64,000 nt of DNA from Microbacterium sp. 70-16. GTDB taxonomy: Bacteria; Actinomycetota; Actinomycetes; Actinomycetales; Microbacteriaceae. Shown here in pieces: positions 8,533 through 19,900 of this stretch. Position numbers and translations under genes: made by a program. Where the stretch lies: assembly GCF_001898315.1 (NCBI RefSeq), contig NZ_MKTQ01000009.1, forward strand, positions 49,974 to 113,973, given 5' to 3'. The notes beneath the pieces were generated by a model. The model was given only the letters and a program-made list of their open reading frames with translations. It had not been told where the DNA came from and did not search any database. Positions within the stretch are counted from its first letter, which is position 1. Each line of letters begins with the position of its first letter.

Positions 8533-9432
8533 TCAGCCGCGTTCGGCCGCGCGGATCTCGTCCTCGAGGCGCCGGATCGCCCCTCGGAGTGCCCGATCGG
8601 CATCCCATCCCTGCTGCCGCGCCCGCCCGACGAGCCCCAGCAGCGTGTCCCCCAGTTCCTCCTCCGTCGCCGGCCCCTGACCGCGGGACTGCAGTCGTGC
8701 ATCGAGACGGCGGTCGGCGGGTGCTGTTTCGATGCGCCGCTGCTGGTTCGCGGGCGGCGCGGCGATTCCGAGCGGCGCGGCACGGCCGAGGAGCTTCTGT
8801 GCGAGAGCGAGCGAGGGCATGTGCGGCGACACCCCATCGAGCACCGAGCGGCGCTCGCGCTTCTCGGCGGCCTTCGCTGCGTTCCAGTGCACGAGGACTT
8901 CCTCGGGCGTCGTCGCGACAGCGTCCGCGAATACGTGCGGATGCCGCCGCACCATCTTCTCGACCAGGCCGGATGCCACGTCGTCGATGTCGAACGGATC
9001 GTCAGGGTCCTGCGCGGCGATCGCCGCGTGGAACAGCACCTGCCACAGCAGGTCGCCGAGTTCCTCGCGCAGGTCGGCGCGCGTGCCGGTCTCGACGGCG
9101 TCGACGAGTTCGGCCGACTCCTCGACGAGGTACGGTACCAGGTCGTCGTGCGTGATGCGCTGCGACCACACACACCGCTCGCGCACGGCGCGCATCGTCT
9201 CGGCCGCCTCCCGCAGCGGGTCGGCGGGAGCTTCTCCATCGCGAGACGGCGTCTGCGCGACGAGGCTGCGTGCCACGTCCGCCGTCTCGTCGCCAGAACG
9301 CAGTCTCGTAGACGGAGGACGGGTCGCGGCCGGGCCGGCAGCCGGGGCGGGCGCGGTCGCGGCCGGGCCGGTCACGCCGGCGCCGGCGCCGTCGCGCTGG
9401 GGGTCACTCGTCGGTGATGCCATGCCCGCCAC
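8533..9432 (-). CDS. mazG: MazG-family nucleoside triphosphate pyrophosphohydrolase
   Basis: EESAELVDAVE and EELGDLLWQVLFHA motifs, RHPHVF, and a second degenerate MazG repeat. The first ~70 aa are low complexity and the annotated ATG overlaps the nhaA 3' end by 61 nt, so the true start may be further downstream. Confidence 0.85.
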   Translation of the reverse strand: MAGMASPTSDPQRDGAGAGVTGPAATAPAPAAGPAATRPPSTRLRSGDETADVARSLVAQTPSRDGEAPADPLREAAETMRAVRERCVWSQRITHDDLVPYLVEESAELVDAVETGTRADLREELGDLLWQVLFHAAIAAQDPDDPFDIDDVASGLVEKMVRRHPHVFADAVATTPEEVLVHWNAAKAAEKRERRSVLDGVSPHMPSLALAQKLLGRAAPLGIAAPPANQQRRIETAPADRRLDARLQSRGQGPATEEELGDTLLGLVGRARQQGWDADRALRGAIRRLEDEIRAAERG

Positions 9433-10541
9433 GATACGAGGATCCCGGCAAGAATGAGCGAGATCACCGACCCGGCGAGCACGCCCAGCGTCGCCTCGTC
9501 TCGGATCACCGGCTGCGATTCGAACGCCAACTCGCTCAGCAGCAGCGACACCGTGAACCCGATGCCGCCCAGGGCCCCGGCCGCGACCAGGTCGCCGAAG
9601 GCGAGTCGTTCACCGGACGGATGCCGCAGCATCCGTTGCGCGGCTGCGCCCGCGAGCGATATCCCGACGATCTTTCCGACCGGCAGCGCGACCAGGACGC
9701 CCCAGAACGCGGGCGAGAGCTCGCCCACCGACACGGCGGGGATCGTCACGAGGGCGGCAGATAGCGCGAACAGCGGCAGCACGACGCCGTTCACCCACGG
9801 CTCGATCGCATGCCGCGTGCGCAGCGCAGGCTGCTGCGCCATCACGAGACCCAGCACGACACCCGCGATCGTCGCGTGCACCCCCGACTCGTGCACAGCA
9901 AACCAGGTCCCGAGGCCCGAGACGACAAGTCCCGCGATCGCGAACGGCCGACCGCGCGTGTCGAGCGCACGACTGCAGAATCCGAACACGACGACGAACC
10001 CGAGAGCGAGCAGCAGCATCGCGAAGTCGACGCCGGAGGTGAACAGCACCGCGATGAACACGATCCCGACGATGTCGTCGAGGATCGCCAGCGCCAGCAG
10101 GAACACCCGCACTCCCGACGGCAGCCCGCGCCCGAACACCGCCAATACGCCGAGCGCGAACGCGATGTCGGTCGCCGTCGGAATCGGCCAGCCCGCCGCA
10201 CCATCGGCAGAGCCTGCCGTCACGGCGAGGTAGATCGCGATCGGCACAAGCACGCCGCCTGCCGCCGCGATCGCGGGCATCACCGCACGACGACGCGACG
10301 CGAGCTGCCCGGTCGTCAGCTCGTACTGCAGCTCGACCGCCGCCGCGAAGAAGAAGATCGCCAGCAGGCCGTCCTGAATCCAGTGACCGACCGACATCTC
10401 AAAGATGCCGAGGATGCCGATCGAGGCATCCTTCACCCCGAACGCGGCATCGGCCGCGGGCGAGTTGGCCAGTACGAGTCCCGCCGCGGCGGCGACCAGC
10501 AGAAGCATCGCGGGAAAGCGCTCAGATCGGAGCAGGTGCAT
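9372..10541 (-). CDS. nhaA: Na+/H+ antiporter NhaA
   Basis: Track ORF 9372..11543 trimmed to the ATG at 10541 (GGAGGA 8 nt upstream; MHLLRSERF). It encodes 389 aa with 11-12 TM helices and NhaA signatures (LAILDDIVGIVFIA, IPTATDIAFALGVL). Confidence 0.95.
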   Translation of the reverse strand: MHLLRSERFPAMLLLVAAAAGLVLANSPAADAAFGVKDASIGILGIFEMSVGHWIQDGLLAIFFFAAAVELQYELTTGQLASRRRAVMPAIAAAGGVLVPIAIYLAVTAGSADGAAGWPIPTATDIAFALGVLAVFGRGLPSGVRVFLLALAILDDIVGIVFIAVLFTSGVDFAMLLLALGFVVVFGFCSRALDTRGRPFAIAGLVVSGLGTWFAVHESGVHATIAGVVLGLVMAQQPALRTRHAIEPWVNGVVLPLFALSAALVTIPAVSVGELSPAFWGVLVALPVGKIVGISLAGAAAQRMLRHPSGERLAFGDLVAAGALGGIGFTVSLLLSELAFESQPVIRDEATLGVLAGSVISLILAGILVSWRAWHHRRVTPSATAPAPA

Positions 10542-10649
10542 CAGAAATCCTCCAGGGTCGGGTCTTACACCGTCGACCAGGCTTCCCGACACACCGACTC
10601 CAGCGTAACCCGTGACAAAACCGAAACACCGGCCCGTTAGCGTGGAGGG

Positions 10650-13343
10650 ATGCCTGAGATGCCCCGCACCGATGCCATCGACCTCGTCGGCCGTGGCGAA
10701 GCCGAGCAGGAACTGCCCGAGCGCATGCGCGCCGACGTGCGCATGCTCGGCGCTCTGCTCGGCCGTGTGCTGCGCGAGAGCGGCACGCCCGGTCTCTACG
10801 AGGACGTCGAACGCCTGCGCCAGGCGACGATAGCCGCCTACACCGACGAGTCCCCCGAGGCGTTCGAGCGCGCCGCGGCGATCGCCGAGTCGTTCTCGCT
10901 CGAGCGCGCCGATGAGGTCGCCCGTGCTTTCACGGTGTACTTCCACCTCGTCAACCTCGCCGAGGAGCACCAGCGCGTGCGCGTACTGCGCGAGCGCGAC
11001 GGCCGCCCCGAGAAAGAGAACGCCGCCGATTCGGTGGCCGCCGCCTTCGTGCGCCTCGCTGCCGAGGTCGGCGACGACACGGCGCTGCGCCGCCTGCAAC
11101 AGCTGCGCTTCCACCCGGTGTTCACGGCCCACCCCACCGAGGCCCGGCGTCGTGCCGTCTCCACCAGCATCCGTCGCCTCGTCGCACTGCTGACCGAGTA
11201 CGACGTTTCGCTGCGCGGCGGGGCCGACGAGCGCCGCACCGAGCGCCGCATGCTCGAAGAGATCGACACACTGTGGCGCACCGCTCCGCTGCGCGCCGAG
11301 AAGCCGACACCTGTCGACGAGGTGCGCGCCATCATGTCCGTCTTCGACGAGACGCTCTACACCGCCGTCCCGCACGTGTACCGCCGCGTCGACGACGCGC
11401 TGCAGGGGCCGGCTGCAGGCAGTCGCGCGCCCATCGTGCGCCCCTTCGTTCGGCTCGGAACCTGGGTCGGCGGTGACCGCGACGGCAACCCGTTCGTCAC
11501 GGCATCGGTCACCAAGAAGGCGGCCGGCATCGCGGCCGAGCACATCCTGCTGGGGCTGGAGAGCTCGGCCGACCGCATTGCGAAGACCCTCACGCTGTCA
11601 GCGGGGACGACGCCGCCCAGCCCGGCCCTGACGGCGCTGTTGCAACGCCTCGGCGCCGCCGACGAAGAAGGGGCTGCGGATGCCGCGAAGCGGGCCAAGG
11701 TCGAGCCGCACAAGCGCGTGATGCTGCTGCTCGGGCGCCGCATCGCCGCGACGCGCCGTCGCGACGCCGACCTGGCGTACCGCGACCCGGCGCACCTGCT
11801 GGACGACCTGCGCGTCGTGCAGGACTCGCTCGTCGCCGCGGGCGCTCCGCGACAGGCGTACGGGCACCTGCAGCAGCTGCTGTGGCAGGTCGAGACGTTC
11901 GGATTCCACCTGGCCGAGCTCGAGGTGCGCCAGCACTCCGCCGTCCATGCGAAGGTCCTCGCCGAGTGCGATGCCGCGGCCACGGGCGGCCAGCTCACGG
12001 GCACGCTCAGCACGCAGGCTGAGGAGGTGCTCGAGGTCTTCCGCACGATCGCGCAGATCCAGCGCCGCTACGGGCCGGGCGCCGCGGGCCGCTACATCGT
12101 GTCGTTCACGCAGTCGGCGACCGACCTCGCGAACGTGCACCGCCTCGCCCGCTACGCGGTCGGCGCGGGCGGCACTCCCCCTGTGCTCGACGTGATCCCG
12201 CTGTTCGAAACCTTCGCCGATCTGCAGGCCGCGCCCGCGATCATGGCCGAGATCGTCAGCGACCCCGACTTCGCCGCGCGTCTGGACGCAACCGACCGCC
12301 ACCTCGAGGTCATGCTCGGCTACTCCGACTCGTCGAAGGACGTCGGCCCGGTCGCCGCGAACCTGGCGTTGTACGAAGCGCAGGCGAAGATTGCGGCGTG
12401 GGCGCAGGATGCCGGCATCCACCTCACCCTCTTCCACGGACGCGGCGGTGCCCTCGGCCGCGGCGGCGGCCCCGCCAACTCGGCGATCTTGGCGCAGCCG
12501 CCGCACTCGGTCGACGGACGGTTCAAGCTGACCGAACAGGGCGAGGTCATCTTCGCCCGCTACGGCGACCCGAACATCGCGATGCGCCACATCGACCAGG
12601 TCGCGGCGGCGGTGCTGTTGGCATCCGCCCCCTCGAACGAGCAGCGCAACAGCGCGGCGGCCGAGCGCTACGCCGACATCGCCGCGACGATGGACCGTGC
12701 CTCGCGAGAGCGCTTCTTCGCGCTCGTGAAGGCCGACGGGTTCGCGCCGTGGTTCGCGACCGTCACGCCGATGGAAGAGATAGGGCTGCTCGCGCTCGGC
12801 TCACGCCCGGCGCGCCGCGGGCTCTCGGTCGAGTCGCTCGAAGACCTGCGGGCGATTCCGTGGGTGTTCGCGTGGTCGCAGGCTCGCATCAATCTGGCCG
12901 GCTGGTTCGGACTCGGCACGGCCCTCGAGGCCGTCGGTGACGAAGAGGCACTGCGCCGCGCGTACGCCGAGTGGCCGCTGTTGCGCACGGTGATCGACAA
13001 TGTCGGCATGAGCCTGGCGAAGGCCGACGACCGCATCGCGCAGCGCTACCTCGATCTCGGCGATCAGCCCGAACTCGCCGCGCTGGTCCTGGACGAGATG
13101 CGCCTCACGCGCCGCTGGGTCATCGCGATCACCGGCGGCGACGAGCTGCTCGCCAACAAGCCCGTGCTGCAGCGCGCCGTCAAGATGCGCAGCCCGTACG
13201 TCGACGCGCTGTCGCTGCTGCAGCTGCGCGCGCTGCGCACGCTGCGGGCGGGCGACGTGTCGGATGCCGACCTGCCGGGCTGGCAGCGGCTGCTGCTACT
13301 CAGCGTCTCGGGCGTCTCGGCGGGGCTGCAGAACACGGGGTGA
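10650..13343 (+). CDS. ppc: Phosphoenolpyruvate carboxylase
   Basis: 897 aa. Motifs VFTAHPTEARRR, GYSDSSKDVG and FHGRGGALGRGGGP are present, with the C-terminal GLQNTG. GGAGGG lies upstream of the ATG. Confidence 0.97.
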   Translation: MPEMPRTDAIDLVGRGEAEQELPERMRADVRMLGALLGRVLRESGTPGLYEDVERLRQATIAAYTDESPEAFERAAAIAESFSLERADEVARAFTVYFHLVNLAEEHQRVRVLRERDGRPEKENAADSVAAAFVRLAAEVGDDTALRRLQQLRFHPVFTAHPTEARRRAVSTSIRRLVALLTEYDVSLRGGADERRTERRMLEEIDTLWRTAPLRAEKPTPVDEVRAIMSVFDETLYTAVPHVYRRVDDALQGPAAGSRAPIVRPFVRLGTWVGGDRDGNPFVTASVTKKAAGIAAEHILLGLESSADRIAKTLTLSAGTTPPSPALTALLQRLGAADEEGAADAAKRAKVEPHKRVMLLLGRRIAATRRRDADLAYRDPAHLLDDLRVVQDSLVAAGAPRQAYGHLQQLLWQVETFGFHLAELEVRQHSAVHAKVLAECDAAATGGQLTGTLSTQAEEVLEVFRTIAQIQRRYGPGAAGRYIVSFTQSATDLANVHRLARYAVGAGGTPPVLDVIPLFETFADLQAAPAIMAEIVSDPDFAARLDATDRHLEVMLGYSDSSKDVGPVAANLALYEAQAKIAAWAQDAGIHLTLFHGRGGALGRGGGPANSAILAQPPHSVDGRFKLTEQGEVIFARYGDPNIAMRHIDQVAAAVLLASAPSNEQRNSAAAERYADIAATMDRASRERFFALVKADGFAPWFATVTPMEEIGLLALGSRPARRGLSVESLEDLRAIPWVFAWSQARINLAGWFGLGTALEAVGDEEALRRAYAEWPLLRTVIDNVGMSLAKADDRIAQRYLDLGDQPELAALVLDEMRLTRRWVIAITGGDELLANKPVLQRAVKMRSPYVDALSLLQLRALRTLRAGDVSDADLPGWQRLLLLSVSGVSAGLQNTG

Positions 13344-13472
13344 TCCCGAGCGTCGTCGCGCCGGTCGCGCGGGGCTGACCGCAACAACTCAGGAACGCCG
13401 ATGGCGACGCGCGGGGCGACCCGCGGAATCACGCGGAGACAGCCCGCGCGTGGGCGCGCGACTCCTGTGTTA

Positions 13473-13562
13473 TTGCGGCACGCCGGATGTTGCGGCACAC
13501 CGGATGTTGCGGCACGCCGGATGTTGCGGCACGCCAGCGCCTGCGGCGCGCCAGCGCCTGCG
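13473..13562. repeat. 17-bp tandem repeat, about 5.5 copies (3.7 near-perfect, then degenerate)
   Basis: TTGCGGCACGCCGGATG starts at 13473, 13490, 13507 and 13524. The same 17-nt period continues as degenerate units (CTGCGGCGCGCCAGCGC and similar). It is non-coding, lying between the convergent ppc and gamma-CA-like genes. Confidence 0.8.
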
Positions 13563-13566
13563 CCGA

Positions 13567-15606
<2,040 letters not shown>

Positions 15607-15611
15607 GGTTG

Positions 15612-15649
15612 CGCCCGCCCGGCGACGCGTGGTGGCGCCGGGGCGGGCG
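15612..15649 (+). terminator. GC-rich stem-loop after gdhA
   Basis: CGCCCGCCCGGCG-loop-CGCCGGGGCGGGCG begins 6 nt after the gdhA stop and is followed by ATCTTGTTGG. Confidence 0.5.
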
Positions 15650-15655
15650 ATCTTG

Positions 15656-15704
15656 TTGGCGCGAATGTGCCCCTGGGCATCCTTGAGATGCGCATTTGCG
15701 CCAG
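15656..15704. repeat. R1 hairpin element, copy a
   Basis: TTGGCGCGAATGTGC-19 nt-GCGCATTTGCGCCAG. The arms pair over 15 positions when G-U pairs are allowed. Copy b at 16054-16102 is near-identical. Confidence 0.8.
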
Positions 15705-15727
15705 CCTTCTGGGTGCGCGGGGAACCA

Positions 15728-15995
15728 GGTGGCACGTAGGAACAGCTCAGCAGCCCCGAGCTGGTCGCCAGCGCCACCCGGTTTGGCACGCGCAGATTCG
15801 GGCGGCGCGGAGGAACAGCTCAGCAGCCCCGAGGTGGTCGCCAGCATCACCTGGTTGGGGGCGGGGAACCAGGTGGCACGTAGGAACAGCTCAGCGGCCC
15901 CGAGGTGGTCCCCAGCACCACCTGGTTTGGCATGCGCGGACTCAGGTGGCGCGGAGGAACAGCTCAGCCGCCACGAGGTGGTCGCCAGTGCCACC
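15728..15995. repeat. Array of four ~51-nt R2 hairpin modules at ~72-bp spacing (REP-like)
   Basis: Modules lie at 15728-15778, 15800-15851, 15872-15922 and 15945-15995. Each reads GGTGGCrCG..GGAACAGCTCAGC..GAGsTGGTCsCCAG..CACC. Modules 1 and 3 are near-identical, as are 2 and 4, giving a 144-bp higher-order unit present twice. The same family recurs at 56.2 and 57.5 kb. Confidence 0.85.
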
Positions 15996-16053
15996 TGGAT
16001 ACGCGAGGCCGCGGGTCCCATCTGAGGGCTACGCCGCGCGGGCGCGCGAATAG

Positions 16054-16102
16054 TTGGCGCAGATGTGCCCCTGGGCGTCGTTGAGGTGCGCATTTGCGCC
16101 AA
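16054..16102. repeat. R1 hairpin element, copy b
   Basis: TTGGCGCAGATGTGC-19 nt-GCGCATTTGCGCCAA. Together with copy a it flanks the R2 array. Confidence 0.8.
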
Positions 16103-16181
16103 CTCTTTGGCGGCGAGGGGTGGATGCCTGGACGCTGGATGCCCCGAGGCCCGCCGCGCCGGCCCCAGCGCCCGCGCCGAG

Positions 16182-19100
16182 TCAGGCCTCGGCTGCGGTG
16201 GGCAGCGGGTAGAGCTGGTCGAGCAGCTGCGCGACCCAGGCGATGAGGTCGGCGTCGGCGAGCGGCTCGCCTCCGGCTGAGGGCAGCGGGACGATCATCG
16301 CCTCTCCCCCGGCGAGCACCTTCGACTTGGGGTACAGACGCTGCAGCCGCACCCGCATCGAGTCCGCCGCGGGCGCCGGGGCGACGCGCAGGTTCGGACC
16401 CATCGCGACGACGTCGGTCAGTTGCGCCTGCGCGGCGCGGCGCCGCAGGCGCGCGACGCGGAACAGCCCGTCGACTTCGGCGGGCGCCTGGCCGTAGCGG
16501 TCCTCGAGCTCTTCGCGCACGAGGTCGATCGCGTCGGTGCTCGCACCGGAGGCATCCGCACCCGCGCCCCCGCCAGAACCAGCACCCGACCCAGCACCCG
16601 CACCCGACCCAGCACCAGAAACCGAACCCGCCGCAGCCGACAGCTTCTGGTACGCCTCGAGGCGCAGCCGCTCGCTGTCGATGTAGGACTCGGGGATGCG
16701 CGCCTCGACGGGCAGCTCGAGACGCAGCTCGGCCGGCCCCTCGACCTCGTCGCCGCGGAAGGTCGACACGGCCTCGCCGATCATCCGCAGGTACAGGTCG
16801 AAGCCGACGCCGGCGATGTGTCCGGCCTGCTCGGCTCCGAGGAGGTTGCCGGCGCCGCGGATCTCGAGGTCCTTCAGCGCGACCTGCATGCCGCTGCCGA
16901 GGTCGTTGTTGACGGCGATCGTCTCGAGCCGGTCGGCCGCCGTCTCAGACAGCGGCTTGAGCTCGTCGTACAGGAAGTACGCGTACGCCCGTTCGCGCCC
17001 ACGCCCGACGCGCCCGCGCAGCTGGTGCAGCTGGGAGAGCCCGTACTTGTCGGCACGGTCGATGATGATCGTGTTCGCGTTCGAGATGTCGAGCCCGGTC
17101 TCGATGATCGTCGTCGAGACGAGCACGTCGAACCGCCGCTCCCAGAACCCGTCGACGACCTCTTCGAGCGCGTGCTCACCCATCTGCCCGTGCGCGACGG
17201 CGATGCGCGCCTCGGGAACGAGTTCGGCCAGCTGCGCCGCGACACGCTGGATCGACTGCACGCGGTTGTGCACGTAGAACACCTGGCCTTCGCGCAGCAG
17301 CTCGCGCCGGATCGCCGCGGCGATCTGCTTGTCGCTGCGGGCGCCGACGTAGGAGAGGATCGGATGCCTGTCCTCCGGTGGCGTCTGCAACGTCGACATC
17401 TCACGGATGCCCGTGACGGCCATCTCGAGCGTACGCGGGATCGGGGTCGCGCTCATCGCGAGGATGTCGACGCCGGTCTTGAGCTTCTTCAGGGCATCCT
17501 TGTGCTCGACGCCGAACCGCTGCTCCTCGTCGATGATCATGAGGCCGAGGTCTTTGAAGATCACCTTCTCGGTGAGGATGCGGTGCGTGCCGATCACCAT
17601 GTCGACGGTGCCGTCGGTGAGTCCCGCGAGCGTGTCGCGCGCCTCTTTGTCGGTCTGGAACCGCGACAGCGGCCGCACCTTCACGGGGAAGCCCGCGAAG
17701 CGCTCGGTGAAGGTCTCGAGGTGCTGCTTGACGAGCAGCGTCGTGGGCACGAGCATCGCGACCTGCTTGCCGTCCTGGATCGCCTTGAACGCCGCGCGCA
17801 CGGCGACCTCGGTCTTGCCGAAGCCGACGTCGCCCGACAGCAGCCGGTCCATCGGGATCGGTCGCTCCATGTCGGCCTTGATCTCGTCGATCGTCTGCAG
17901 CTGGTCGGGCGTCTCGGCGAACGGGAACGCCTCTTCGAGCTCGCGCTGCCAGGGCGTGTCGGGGCCAAACGCGTGCCCCTTGGCGGCCATGCGCGCCGAG
18001 TAGAGCTTGACGAGCTCGACCGCGATGTCGCGGACGGCCTTGCGCGCCTTGCCCTTCGCCGCGGCCCAGTCGCTGCCGCCCATCTTCGACAGCGCCGGGG
18101 CGTCGCCGCCGACGTAACGGCTCAGCAGATCGAGCTGGTCGGTGGGCACGAACAGCTTGTCACCGGGATGCCCGCGCTTGGACGGCGCGTACTCGAGCAC
18201 GAGGTACTCGCGCGTCGTCTTGACCGCGTTGCGCCCGCCGCTGGAGACCTCGCGCTGCACGAGTTCGACGAACTTGCCGATGCCGTGCGTCGAGTGCACG
18301 ACGACGTCGCCGGGCTTGAGCTGCAGTGGGTCGACGACGTTGCGGCGCCGCGACGCGAGCTTCTTGACGACCTGGCCGTCGGCGCCGATCGTGCGGCCGT
18401 AGAACTCCGACTCGGTGAGCACGGCGAGCTTCGCGTCGGGCAGTTCGAATCCGCTCTCCAGCGCTCCGAGCACGGCCGTCGCGACGCCGGAGTCGGGGGC
18501 ATCCGCGAGGTCGTCGACGGCACGCGCCGCGATGCCGCGTTCGGCGAGCACGTCACGGGCGCGGTCGACGAGGCCGGGGCCGGATGCCGCGACGACGACC
18601 GCCCAGCCGTCGGCGACGAGCTCGCCGACGTGCGCCGTGGCACCGTCGACGTTGCCCTGGAACGAGGGCACGGGCCGGGCCGGCACGCGCACGACATCGC
18701 TGTCGCCGAGGCCTTCGTCGGCGGCATCCGCTTCGCCCGAATCGAAGCCGCTGAACGCCCACCAGGCGCCGCGGCGCTCGGCGGCGGCCCGCCGCAGATC
18801 GGGGAGGGTCAGGAAGTCGCCCGCCTCGAGGTCGACGGGGCTGTCGGCGCCGGCGGTCGCGGCACTCCACGCCGCCTCGAGGAACTCGCGGTTGGTCTCG
18901 CTGAGCGTCATGGCCCGCGCGACGGCACGCTCGGGGTCGATGAGCGCCGCGGCCGAACCGCGCGGCAGATAGTCCACGAGCGGGAGGACCGCGTCGGCGA
19001 CGCTCGTCAGCAGCGACTCCATGCCTTCGACGGGGATGCCTTCGCTCATCTTCTCGAGCATCGCGCGCAGGCCGGGGAACCGGTCGTGCAGCGCAGCTGC

Positions 19101-19841
19101 GCGCGCCCGCACGTCGGGCGTGAGCAGCAGTTCGCGCCCGGGCAGCAGGGTGACGCCCGCGACGTCGCCCGGCAGCGACCGCTGGTCGGCCACCGAGAAC
19201 GCCCGGATCTGCTCGACCTCGTCGCCGAAGAACTCGACGCGATACGGGTGGTCGGCGTTCGGCGGGAAGACATCGAGGATGCCACCGCGCACGGCGAACT
19301 CGCCGCGACGCGACACCATGTCGACGCGCACGTAGGCCAGTTCGACGAGGCGTCGCACGACCGCTTCCAGGTCGTGACCGCGCGCGCCCGCCGACAGCTC
19401 GAGCACACCGGCGTCGGTGAGTCCGGCGGCGATCGGCTGCAGTGCGGCGCGGACGGATGCCGTGACGATGAGCGGACCACTGTCGGTCTCACTCCACGCG
19501 GCGGCGTCGCGCAGCACCGACAGCCGGCGCCCGACGGTTTCGGCAGACGGGCTGAGCCGCTCGTGCGGAAGGGTCTCCCACGCCGGGAAGTGCCGCACCA
19601 CCGCATCGGGCACGAGGCTCTGCAGCGCCGCCCCGATACTCTCGGCGCGCCGACCCGTGGGGGTGATCACGAGCACCGACCGCGGCGCGTCGGTGCCGCG
19701 GCGGGCGTCGAGCAGTGCCGCCAGCACGGGGGCATCCAGCCCCGGAAGCATCGAGAAGTCGGTGTCGATACGGGCCGCTTCGGCGGCTGCCTGCACGGAC
19801 GGAGCCTGCGTCAGGGCGCGCGCGATCCCGGAAACTGTCAC
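16182..19841 (-). CDS. mfd: Transcription-repair coupling factor Mfd
   Basis: 1219 aa. Helicase motifs are present: LSGDVGFGKTEVA, IIDEEQRFGV, SATPIPRT and QLRGRVGR. The N-terminus is UvrB-homology-like. The C-terminal region carries a Gly/Ser/Ala-rich insertion. Confidence 0.97.
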   Translation of the reverse strand: MTVSGIARALTQAPSVQAAAEAARIDTDFSMLPGLDAPVLAALLDARRGTDAPRSVLVITPTGRRAESIGAALQSLVPDAVVRHFPAWETLPHERLSPSAETVGRRLSVLRDAAAWSETDSGPLIVTASVRAALQPIAAGLTDAGVLELSAGARGHDLEAVVRRLVELAYVRVDMVSRRGEFAVRGGILDVFPPNADHPYRVEFFGDEVEQIRAFSVADQRSLPGDVAGVTLLPGRELLLTPDVRARAAALHDRFPGLRAMLEKMSEGIPVEGMESLLTSVADAVLPLVDYLPRGSAAALIDPERAVARAMTLSETNREFLEAAWSAATAGADSPVDLEAGDFLTLPDLRRAAAERRGAWWAFSGFDSGEADAADEGLGDSDVVRVPARPVPSFQGNVDGATAHVGELVADGWAVVVAASGPGLVDRARDVLAERGIAARAVDDLADAPDSGVATAVLGALESGFELPDAKLAVLTESEFYGRTIGADGQVVKKLASRRRNVVDPLQLKPGDVVVHSTHGIGKFVELVQREVSSGGRNAVKTTREYLVLEYAPSKRGHPGDKLFVPTDQLDLLSRYVGGDAPALSKMGGSDWAAAKGKARKAVRDIAVELVKLYSARMAAKGHAFGPDTPWQRELEEAFPFAETPDQLQTIDEIKADMERPIPMDRLLSGDVGFGKTEVAVRAAFKAIQDGKQVAMLVPTTLLVKQHLETFTERFAGFPVKVRPLSRFQTDKEARDTLAGLTDGTVDMVIGTHRILTEKVIFKDLGLMIIDEEQRFGVEHKDALKKLKTGVDILAMSATPIPRTLEMAVTGIREMSTLQTPPEDRHPILSYVGARSDKQIAAAIRRELLREGQVFYVHNRVQSIQRVAAQLAELVPEARIAVAHGQMGEHALEEVVDGFWERRFDVLVSTTIIETGLDISNANTIIIDRADKYGLSQLHQLRGRVGRGRERAYAYFLYDELKPLSETAADRLETIAVNNDLGSGMQVALKDLEIRGAGNLLGAEQAGHIAGVGFDLYLRMIGEAVSTFRGDEVEGPAELRLELPVEARIPESYIDSERLRLEAYQKLSAAAGSVSGAGSGAGAGSGAGSGGGAGADASGASTDAIDLVREELEDRYGQAPAEVDGLFRVARLRRRAAQAQLTDVVAMGPNLRVAPAPAADSMRVRLQRLYPKSKVLAGGEAMIVPLPSAGGEPLADADLIAWVAQLLDQLYPLPTAAEA

Positions 19842-19900
19842 CGAACGAGTCTATTCCGCCCCGCCGACACGCAGACTGCGGCTGTCTCTAGGATGGGCGG

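Noticed and set aside
9372-9432. 61-nt overlap between the mazG start (9432) and the nhaA 3' end, as a possible unusual overlapping-gene arrangement.
   Set aside because: It is more likely an over-extended mazG start. The first ~70 aa of the MazG ORF are low complexity (Ala/Pro/Gly) and lack homology features. The exact start cannot be fixed from sequence alone.
10542-11543. N-terminal 334-aa extension of the nhaA ORF (track 9372..11543).
   Set aside because: It is antisense to ppc and is not hydrophobic. A GGAGGA RBS plus ATG at 10541 gives a canonical-length NhaA.
15728-15995. Possible CRISPR array (regularly spaced ~51-nt repeats).
   Set aside because: The spacers between repeats are only about 21 nt and are themselves conserved between alternate units, so this is a higher-order tandem repeat. 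The repeats are imperfect long hairpins. No cas genes or leader are present, and identical units occur at other loci.
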